Shown here in pieces: positions 53,331-64,000 of a DNA stretch of 64,000 bases. The position numbers and the translations under genes are program-made. Source of the stretch: Kudoa neothunni (lineage: Eukaryota > Animalia > Cnidaria); NCBI GenBank assembly GCA_964304625.1, contig OZ199840.1, forward strand, positions 4,676,966-4,740,965, given 5' to 3'. The notes under the pieces are model-generated. The model was given only the letters and a program-made list of their open reading frames with translations, made no database searches and was not told where the DNA came from. Position 1 is the stretch's first letter. Every line of letters starts with the position of its first letter.

Positions 53331-53899
53331 ATTATTCTCATTTTTTGTAATTTTAACATCGCAATTAAAATTTTGGGTCAACATATTAATAGTCGTAAAT
53401 ACATCTATGTTGGTTATTCCTCTTGTTTTCACATTGTGTAGAGATCTCACTGTGATATTTTTACTCTAAAATCTTTATTTATGTGGGTCTCTAACATTCT
53501 TTAATTAAAATTTATTCTATTTTCATTTTCATGGATATGATCATTTTTTAATAAATACCTCAAACAACCTCTTCTATTCGTTCAAAAATTCAAATGTCCG
53601 AACTAAAATTTTTACCTTGTTTCCAATAAAACAATTTAATCTACGTGATTTGGCCGAAAAAAGTGCGTATTATCGGTTGCCTACTGTATTACGTTTGAAT
53701 TAATTTTGTTTTAAATCTCCCTTATATATTAAAAACAAGAACACATTATAAGTTAGTTAATTTATACAGTAATAATTTTGTACAAATAACTGTAATAGTT
53801 TTTATTGAAAAATTAAATTGTAGCGTTGTGAAATAACATACACAACCGTTTCCCGATTGATCCCTTTCAAGTACTTTTTTGGAGCGAAGTTTGTTGTTT

Positions 53900-54830
53900 T
53901 ATATTTTAATGACCAGAACAGCACCAAGAATTATAACTATGACAGAAAAATATAATGTAGTTAAATATTAAGATAGTCTTTCATGTAAAGATGTGAAAGC
54001 CGCTACCATCAAAGGATTTTAAAAATGAGAGAAAATATTTTAAAAATCTATGAAGGTGGTCTATTTTCTAAAAACAGGTAACACTTGAATAATGAGGCAA
54101 ATATTATTGATAAAAAAGATTTAATATAAAGAAAAGTCAACCTTCATGGCGAATCTCGCGATGTTGATTCCAAAACTTTGGCAGAATGGATGTGTAAAAT
54201 TGATGATACATATTTACTATATCAACTGCATCGTGGTAAAAAGTTCTCAGTTTATTTTATAATGATTTTAAGGTAATAGATATGTTCATTCATCCGAATA
54301 CAATACGAGGGAACTAAACGTCCAAAAAATGTTTGACCATTTTATTAAAAACTTCGTTAAGTGGAGAAAAGCTAGGCTAGTACCATTGGTAATCAGACCG
54401 AATAAAAAACCACGTTGCTTCAAGAATATTAAGAAATTACCGCTTTTATTCGAATCCAACAAAAAGGCTGGGTGCCTCGGAAAATTTTCTTGAGATACAT
54501 TTAAAAAAGTAACGATAACTTTAATTAATATTTTTTCGCTAAAACGTCACTAGCGTTTTGCAGCCGCTACACCAGGGTGTCATCCATTCCTTTAAATCAT
54601 GCTACAAATTTGATGATAGAACGATTCATTTCATGTGCTGAAATGAGAATAGAGCTAACTCCTCAAAATGTTTTAGAAGCAATGGGCTTAATTGAAACTG
54701 TCTGACAGAGCGTTTCAAAAAATACAACCACAAATTGTTTCATAAAATTGGGATTTTCTTCTTCAAGATCTACCTCAACTCAGGACGATTTATCAGTTGA
54801 TAATGCTCATAAAGTTGTTAAACAACATGA
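53900..54830 (+). mobile_element. Decayed pogo/Tigger (DDE_1, CENP-B-like) transposase
   Basis: KVNLHGESRDVDSKTLAEW, GEK...PLVIRPNKKPRCFKNIKKLPLLFESNKKA, TSVLQPLHQG. Fragmented. Confidence 0.8.
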
Positions 54831-54996
54831 ATTCTTTAAAATAAGATAAATTTTAAAAAAATTTGGATGCAACATAATTTACTCTTTACAGAAAAAAAAT
54901 ACATTATGAACAATTAGTAAACAAAAAAATATTAAGGAAATTAAAGTGAATAATATTTAACAATAAAGAACAACAGCATATCACGGAAAGTTTGAA

Positions 54997-55619
54997 TTAT
55001 TGTTTTTTGGGAATATTTTTTGTCAGCCATTTGACAGCATCGTCAAGCCCATCGCCAGTTTTAGCACTGATTGGAAGAACACAGGTTTTATGGCCAGTTA
55101 TCATCCTCAACTCAAGCCTTTGGGATACCTCGTCAGGCTTTAATGCGTCCTTGATATCCTGCTTGTTACAACATACTAGAAGTATTGCATTGGACATTTC
55201 GGGGTCGTTGATGACATTGGTGAGTTCAATTTTAGCTTGTTCCATTCGATCCGTGTCACTGCTGTCTATCACAAAAACTAGAGCTTGTGCGTCAGTGTAG
55301 TAGTGTTTCCAAAGAGGACGAATCCTGTCTTGACCGCCTACGTCCTTGATTCATTTTATCAAATTTAAAGAACGATATATAAATCCAATACCCAAAGATT
55401 AAGAACCATTTTTTTTGTTTTCACTGTCTCCACATTAAACCCTATGGTGGGTATTGTCTTTTCGAATTCTCCAATTCGTAGTTGGGAAACCATTGCTAAT
55501 GACAATATGAAACTATTCATTAATTTATTAAACACAAAACGGTTACTAGATTTTCCGGCATTGTCCAATCCCAGAACTAAAATACGCGCTTCTTGTTTCT
55601 TGCTAAATGTATTCCCCAT
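54997..55619 (-). CDS. ARF-family small GTPase (3 exons)
   Basis: MGNTFS (myristoylation Gly2), [22 protein letters not shown]|[28 protein letters not shown]. Confidence 0.95.
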
Positions 55620-56979
55620 TAGATTAGTGTAGATATTTTAAATGGTTAATGATATGCCAATTCAGAAATTCGGACTAAGACTTATTAATAGAACAATCCA
55701 AGATCTTAAGAATTCATCTCTAAGCTGATTACGTCAACCATACTTTCCGGGGAAAAATATTTTGTTTAACAATTGTTATGCCCGTTTCGATAGGAATAGG
55801 TGAGTTTTAGTTACTAGAATACCTAATTTGAATAAATCGACCAATTCCATCTGTAATCGGACAATTTGTTTAATCTATGTTCACACCTTTGGTAACTCCC
55901 ATAATCGCGTAAGTATCATTCAAACATTTTCTTAATGAATAGACTATCGACCACTGTAACCGACTATTACGAGTTTCAAAGTATTTATAACTTTATTAAT
56001 TATTGAGGTTGTTCTAATAATATTTTTGAGTTATTTTCCCAGTTTATGTCAAATTGGATTTATTTCTAACGATCAACCACATACATGGATCCTTAAAGCG
56101 CATTAAAAAATTTTAGAAAAATAAATTTATGTTTAAATAATTCATTTTCTAATTATTAATGGGTATAAAAATTTGAGTTAATGGATTAAATTAGTCTTTA
56201 GCTAGGATAATCTTTTAGAATCTTATTATAATTACTTCCAGGAAAACATATACAAAAGTAAATCCACGACGTATACTGAATTGGAGGTTTTATTAACTTT
56301 CTAACAAATTTAGCGTTACAACGAACACAGACATATATTAATCCACATGTGTAATCATATACATTTATAAAAATATTGTTAAATATTAGAAACTTACCTT
56401 TTAATATAATTAAATTTAAAAAAACAAATATCCAAACAATAACTGCAATTGTTCAGAAACTAAAATATTATAAAATAGAACACTTTGGGCTCTAAATAAT
56501 CCTGGATTTTTAATGGTTAAATCTATAAAATAAATATTATTAGCTTTCGGTTAAATTAGTATTAGTTTCTTATGGCTAGATTTGAAGAAAATCGTTAAAC
56601 AATGTAGGAATTAATCTCTCTAAAATCTTCATCGGGGTGAATCGGCGGTAGTTCGTAACACTTTCCTACCGCGAATCAAACAAATTTCAGCCTTTTTTAC
56701 ACATCATTTTAAGATATTTTTCTAATTACAAAAAAATATTATTAATGTAATTTTTATAATTCTGAAAGAAATAATTTTGATGCAAATATAACTTATCCTT
56801 GCATGCAGATTATCGGAATATTTCGATATAGCCTGTTAATAAATATGAATCATTTAATGCTTCAATGTGATGGTCTGAAATATTCGTTTACTGAATTCGA
56901 CATCTATGCATTAGAATTATCTAAAAATGAATATATTTTAGATTCTCCCGTTGATTCTACAATGTATTGGTTTCAACAA

Positions 56980-57017
<38 letters not shown>

Positions 57018-58824
57018 GATATTATTACAACGACAATTTATTGCATCTTGAAATAATATTTTTTGGAGGATTCTTAGGTATCCTAACCTTGATGGCAATA
57101 AATAAGGATAGATGGGGGCTATTATTTGAATTATTTAATTTTAACGATGACAATGAATTATATCGGCATTAATTTTCGAGCGTAAATTTCACTGTAAAGT
57201 AAGACAAATGTATTTTATTTGTTTAATTCAAAAGCTCCAGCAAAAAGAATACGATAAATTTATCCGCTAAGAGATATTTGGAAAAATTTGTTTCTTTTAA
57301 AGGAAAATATATTTGACATACTTTAATATTAAAATACACCAAACTGCATTGTAATTAATATTTAATATAAAATTATAAGAATTTTTTTGTTTCTTTCTTA
57401 ATCGTTAACTTATAATTTTTTTATTAAATTTTTTATTGGAAATTAAGAAATTATTCAGTTTTTATTATTAAAATTCAGAAACCTAATTTTAAAAAATGAT
57501 AATATTATTTTTTTACCCTTTAATAAGTGTAAAACGTTGAGAAAAAAATTTAAAGCCATATTCTTATTGTTTTATAAGTTTTTTTATATGTCAAAATTTC
57601 CTTACAACAAATTTGACAAAATATATTAATTGAGAATATTTTGAAATGTAAACACAGCATGTTAACGATGGTTATTATTTCTATTGGTAGATATATAATT
57701 CATTAAAACTAATAATTCTATAGAAATAACAAATTTTTATTATAAACAACATTGTTACGTTTATCGAATGCTACACTAAACACACGTAAGAAGTTTTCTT
57801 AAACTGTATAACTTCATATAATCATCCTTAAGTTTTATTCCCATTTAAATTAAATTTTTATCTAAAACATAATATTGGTTAATTATTAAAAAACTCATAT
57901 ACTCCAAGAAAATTAAGAAAATATATTTTGAGAGCACGTGGTTAAGTCTCCCGCGTTTATACTATTCACATTTAAAACATATAAAAACCTGTATAAATAA
58001 ATTTGATATTGCAAAATTAGTGTTTCTATGGTAAAAAATATGAAATATAACAATTTTATGAATAAACGTCAAGACAAATTAGAGATCAATTCAATATTTG
58101 TTGAAAAAATGGTGGAGATTACACGTGTACCCGACCGAGTCCGGATAAAAAATTCTTATAATTTTGAAGTTATTTTTCGCTGAATTTTTGCTCATCATAT
58201 TCTTTTATTTTATTATGAACAATCGCGAAAAAATGAAAAAAAACATGAGCGAGAATACGTTTTGTAGGTGCCGCATACTTTACCTTTACCTGCTCACTGC
58301 GTTCAAGTATAATGTTAATGACAACGTTTGTTATAGTTTTTCAATGAGGATAAAATAACATTTTTTAAACGACCTGTGTATGTAGCGTGTGACTCGTTGG
58401 GAAAAAAGTCATAATAATAAATTGAGTTAATAACTCGTGTGATAAACAACAAATGTTCATAAAACTAGGATAACTCCCTCATAACGTTTATGTTAAATAC
58501 ATGTAAACAATAACTTCAGAATTTAGGAATTAATCGTTTTAAGTTAAAAATACGCGTGATTTAAACAATTAATCAGAAGTTTACGTCGTTTAGCTAGCGT
58601 GGTTATAGGCATACTACAAACAGGAAACAAATAAATTCAAAAGCAAATAATAATACATTGTTATGTATTATCGCAGTATATATATATATATATAAACATT
58701 TTTAAATTTAAAATGATTTACTTTAATTAATTATTGAACTATTTGAATTTTTGTTGTAAAATATTATTTGAATAGTATGGAAATAAAATAATGTAATTAG
58801 TTAGAACTAGGTTGATTTTATAAT

Positions 58825-59916
58825 TTTTTGGAATATTTCTGTATCGCCATTGATGATACCACTGGTATGAGAGATACTTGTCAGATTGCGTTATTCGTGA
58901 GAGGTGTAAAACCAACCTTGGAAACTGTAGAAGAGTTTGCACAATTGATTCCTATAAAAGACACAAATACTGGCAAAGATATTTTTAATTCCATTATGAA
59001 ATGGATTAATGATATGAATCTATCATTATCGAAACTTATTGGAGTTACGACGAATGGAGAACCAGCTATGGTTGGTAAAAACAAAGGTCTCATATCACAA
59101 TTACAACAATATCTTGGATTTGATCACAAATTATTCAAACTTCATTGCATCATTCATCAAGATACGTTGTGTCCAAAAGAATTGGGCTTCGACGCTATAA
59201 TGAAAACAACCGTGAAAACGGTCAACTTTATTCTTTCAAGAATTTTTGAAATAAATCGATGCTTTTGAACGGAAACTCCACTTGTGGAAAATACAAATTC
59301 AGTACGGAAATTATACACATTTTCCGAATTTACATAAACATGAAAATTATATTTCAATTGGCCTAATAGTGGAAACTATTAGTAATCTACAGAAGGAGTT
59401 TTCTGATTTTTGAAGTTATGGGGGAGTGTTTAAATTATGTAGTAATCCCTACGATACAGAGGTAAATCAAGTTTCTGAAATATATCAATTAGAATTGATT
59501 GATTTAAAATGCGACAAACTATTGGAATCCAAATTTCGTAGTGAGTCTATTATTGAATTTTATAAAAATTATTTGTTACCGACTGGAAAGTAGGTAAATT
59601 TGCTAAACAATTCAAAATTTGTATTTTCTTTGTTTGGCAGTACTTATAGTTGCGAACAGCTTTTTTTCAAAGATGAAAATCTTGATAATGTCCCTTTATT
59701 GTCATCATGTAATATTCCCACTGACATGGAAAAATGATCCAAAAATGAAAAAAATTAAATACCACATTGAACTTTGTTATTTATTGTTTTATAACTCGTT
59801 CAATATGAACATGTCAATACTTTATTTAAAAATGAAAATTTTTATTAAATGTAGAGTGGCCGCTAAGGTAAAATTATAAGCTATTTGGTCATTATACAAA
59901 AAAAATTGTCGATCCC
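58825..59916 (+). mobile_element. 5'-truncated hAT transposon, GTF2IRD2/SPIN-like
   Basis: IAIDDTTGMRDTCQIALFVRGV, TGKDIF, VTTNGEPAMVGKNKGL, LHCIIHQDTLC. Dimerisation motif SLFGSTYSCEQLFSKMK at about 59625-59680. The terminus ttgtcgatccct resembles the reverse complement of CAGGGGTCGGCAA. Confidence 0.9.
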
Positions 59917-61357
59917 TTTTATAGAGGATTTAGAAGCGCGAAATATTAAAACTGTGAGAGTTGCATCGGAAACTTGTTATTTTTCCTCGATGACTAGATG
60001 AAACATTCTAGTCGTAAAGCGACCCCACTTTTAATGATGTTTTTCCACTTTACTGGTATTGACCCTTTAGGGCCGGTAATCAAGATTTTTATTTTCTATT
60101 ACACCCCCGACGTTTCAAAAGTCGAATCGAACGAAATATAATTGAAAAATGTTTTAAGAAATAGAACCATGAACGTACACTCTTACCACAGCCCCGTTAC
60201 GGAAATAAGTATTAAATGAAGGGACAGATGTCTGTTCAGAACTCACGACCTCATCATGATTCGTAATCCAAAGGTATGGCGTATCTTACTCAGTCTATTC
60301 TCTTGAAAGTATTTAAGTAATTACTTTTTTGCAAGTGAATAATTATTATCTTCTTTAATCGGTTATAGATTTATGATTAAAAATCACATACAAATATCGC
60401 ATTATTTGTAAAATAATCGTAGATAGTGAAATCTAATCAAGGATAAAATTGTTTACGCAAGTTAACATTAAATAATGTGTGATCAAATCATTTACAAACA
60501 TTTTGTATTTGAGAAGAAAATTATATTACTATAATAAAAAATATCCTCCAAGTAAGAAATATTAATTATTTTACAAATAGAATATTTTTTATTTTTACTG
60601 GATGAATTATACAACTCAATTATAAATTTGTAACAATTTTTTTCAAAAAGGAAATAAATGAATCTAGAGTTGTATAATAATCAATAGAAACCGAGAAAAA
60701 ACATCCTCTTTAAGTATTAAGAAAGATTTATTAACAAAGTATAATTTTTAGGAAATGAAACATTAGAAGGAAAATCCACAAGTGTGAATGTTGAATCTTG
60801 GATCTAATAGTTACAAAATATCTTAGGTATACTGAAATATGAGGATTATAGCAATATTCTTAATTCAAATAAGACCGTTCTATTTCATTATTAGATAGGA
60901 TCTTAAGTTAGCATTAGGCTCAATAAAATCTTATCATTTCATAAAAACGTTTAAAATCGGTATCACTTTCCCAGTCGATTCCTACGTACATACATATAGA
61001 CGTAGGACGGGAAATTTGTTTTTTACAGTAATTGATAAGAACAAGAATTCTAGCCATTTAAGGATACACTAAAAAATTTGTACAAGAGGAAAAATCGATG
61101 ATTACGTTTTCTTATATTCACAGCCTACATAAAATGAGTATTATCCGCGGATTTTAACATTTCATAAATTTATGGAGAGATTTAAAAATAAATTAAATCT
61201 ACGGAAAAAAACAAAATTTGACTTATCTAAAATACAATAAACGAAATATACTGCACACATAATTTATAATACATGAAAATAACTTAAATCGTAATTAGAG
61301 ATTTGACTGGATCACCTGCTAATGTTGCGACCGTTAAATTACTTTAAATTATCAGGA

Positions 61358-62150
61358 ACTAGCGCGAACTGCCCAGCGTTGCATGAGAAAGATTTCGCCA
61401 ACAAACTTTTTTGAATAGCATTCTAAGAATACATTAAAGTTTCGAATTAACTAAAAATTTTTAAGCAACATACTTTAACGATTTGAATTATGAAATTTAA
61501 ACTATGATCATTTCTTTGAAGGAGTGTTCCAATCCCGTTAAAGTATTATCTAAAACGTCATTTTTCGACCCGGAAGATTTTTGAAAGTTGAATTCTGACC
61601 CGGCTCGGGAACTGTGTGCACCACTAACTTCATAAGAGATGAAAAAATAGAAAAAGTAATAGAGATAGAAGAAAACGTATGAAAATTAATCGCTGAAAGT
61701 TAAACTTAGTGGACGATTTCAGTGAAATTCACGGACCCAGCGTTTGCATTGTAATGCTTCAATCTATCCTGTTATAGTATGCTCTTCCAATTCGTTATTA
61801 ATAATGCAAATATCGGCTTCCGCAATGTCTAAAACAATCGATAGAGAATATAAGGGGAAAATTAACTTCAGCCAAACGTCACCATGACATGAGCTGGTGT
61901 TAACCCTATAATCGAACCCATGTAATCCGTTTAACGAATTTTAAATCGACAAAATCACTATTTTCTAAACACTTTTGTGGACATTTGTTGGCTTGAAAAC
62001 GATTTAAAGATTTTTAAAAAATTTCATAATGTTTCTCTACGATGGAATAATTCAGTCGCGCATGCGTACTAAATTATACACACAGACAGACACACTAACA
62101 GACAAAGGATTTTCTACATATATATATATATATAGAATAGAGGATAGATT
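61358..62150 (-). mobile_element. Non-autonomous Helitron-like element
   Basis: aCTAGcgcgaactgcccagcgttgcatgag is a 3' CTAG with a degenerate hairpin, in reverse. The other end is catgcgtact...acagacagacac...(TA)n gaatagaggatagatt, a TC 5' end in reverse. Confidence 0.65.
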
Positions 62151-62838
62151 AATACAGTAGGCTTGAATATACGGTACTCAAGAGGTGAAATCTCATATTA
62201 CCTATTTCTACGTAATAAACAATCGTATCCTATCACGATAAGATGTTAATCAGCTTTAATATATCGAGTAAAACCGAATTATCGTGGTTTGAGAATTAAT
62301 TGAACTATATGAATTTCAAGTTGGTTAACAGAATTTTTTAATATTCATTGGGATTTAATTATTAAAATTATATCTGTGCGTGTGTAAATTCATACGCATG
62401 CATACGAACAATACTTAAAAATGGGACGGACCATTAGCGTTCTATGTACAAATATATTTATTGATTTATTTATACAAGTAATGTTTGAATGAAAAACTTT
62501 CGAAGAAATATAGTCAATTTCAATGACTCAAATTCGATAAAAGTTTTTAGAATTGTTTCTCGATTGACCTCTCATCATGTTGATTACGATTGTTGTTTCA
62601 CACAAAGTGATGATTAACGTTTATAAAGGGGATCTTTGTATCGGATGGTCAATGTAGGAGAAAAAACATAGTTTCTGTAATAGATGAGATAGGTTAAATA
62701 TTTTGTTTGAATAGTAAAGGCCTATACAATCACACCAGAGTGATTCTCAACGTAAGTCTATTTGATTGACTTATTCATTCCACATAATCCAAATCAACAG
62801 TCGTTAGTTAAAGAGTTAGCGATTAACCGTTTACTAAA

Positions 62839-63216
62839 ATGAGCGATCTGTGCCCAGTATGCGAGAAGAGAGTTTATCCTTTGGAAAAACTAAGTATCGA
62901 CAAACAAGTATTTCACAAGGGTTGTTTCAGATGTCATGAATGTAAAGGCACCCTAGGGTAGGTTGATCTATTGTGTGATTAGATATTGGTAAGAGTGTTT
63001 CTAAATATAACTCATATTATCAGAAAAAGAGTTTTTATTAATATTACCGGTTTGATAACTTTATTTAAATGTAATATCTTTAGAATCAATAATTTCTCTC
63101 CATTGAATGGGAAATATTATTGCACCAATCATTACCGTCAACTGTTCAAATCTCAAGGGAACTATGATAAGGGTTTTGGTGATTCGTGTCACAAAGATAA
63201 ATGGGAAAACAAATAA
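62839..63216 (+). CDS. Single LIM-domain protein, LIMD2-like (2 coding exons)
   Basis: MSDLCPVCEKRVYPLEKLSIDKQVFHKGCFRCHECKGTLG|INNFSPLNGKYYCTNHYRQLFKSQGNYDKGFG..HKDKW. The tail matches the LIMD2/EPLIN QLFKSKGNYDEGFG motif. Confidence 0.92.
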
Positions 63217-64000
63217 AATTTACACACAGCATTTTGAGTACTGCTTCGAAATATATCCATGATCAAAGTTTTGTGGATGTAGCTTATAGTTGAATTCCAA
63301 ATTATTTTTTTGCTAAAATGTTACTGTTTCCTTATTTGTGTAATTAATTTATTCAACGAATACAAACATTGGTTCGATAGTTTTTTACAATTATTTTCTT
63401 ATCAAGTCAGATATGACCATCCATATTAAATAATAACCGGATATAATAGATAAATTATTACATTCGGTTTTTATGTGCTGTTTAATTCAAAAAATTAGGC
63501 CAATAATTCTCTAAAAATATTTTCTCAATAATATTGCACCTAGGATTATTTTGTTATAATTTAAACAAAGTATTAAATAATATAAACAATCACGTGATTG
63601 ACTAATTTTACACAGTTAAGTCTATGTACATCGTGTACCTTTTTATATCTTGATTTCAATTAAATTGTAACACCTATAACTGAGAATAATTATAAAAAAT
63701 ATTAAACATTATAATATTTAAAGATGTCATAACTTCGTGAATAAATATTTAATTTAGTTTCCTACTATGTCACTCTGAGAGTTATTTAAAGAACGCTGTG
63801 GCTATGTCTCAGACTGCGAATTTCTCGAAAAGTACTCAACATAAGAAACTTAGAATTTACGAATCGTTATAAATTAGTTTAACTTAAGTTACCCTTAAAT
63901 TTCAATATTTTTCATAAACGACAATAACACAAGTACAAGTACCGGGAGTGACAATATTTTTCATATATTAAAAAAATTTAAAAAAACAACAATTAGAATT

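Noticed and set aside
54992-55632. Plus-strand ORFs over the ARF gene, and similar antisense ORFs over septin, MRPS22 and RABGGTA
   Set aside because: They are antisense shadows of real exons.

Overview
This is eukaryotic, very AT-rich DNA from a compact animal genome with short GT-AG introns (mostly about 40-80 nt). The ORF track therefore shows exon fragments, and I spliced the genes by eye. Metazoan origin is inferred from a Piwi-clade Argonaute, MRPS22 and an RH-DH-PH RhoGEF. Strong protein divergence suggests a fast-evolving, possibly parasitic lineage (inference only). Genes in order: Piwi (3' part), an unidentified multi-exon gene, RGS-RhoGEF, RPS25, MRPS22, an orphan Tyr-motif protein, RRP12, RABGGTA (-), a septin, an LSm protein (NAA38-like), an SFT2-family protein (-), an ARF-family GTPase (-) and a LIMD2-like protein. 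Intergenic DNA and the large introns hold decayed DNA transposons (Mutator, hAT, pogo/Tigger, piggyBac-like, Helitron-like). No CRISPR, rRNA or tRNA was recognised. I found no clear new multi-gene system. The best leads are: a TIR-bounded MULE (SWIM+PHD) embedded in a (TA)n microsatellite; a 1.4-kb higher-order hexamer satellite inside a Helitron-like element in an RRP12 intron; a septin lacking its G3 motif; and an orphan pTyr/SH3/WH2-like adaptor. Several 1-nt homopolymer indels break conserved genes and are probably assembly errors.
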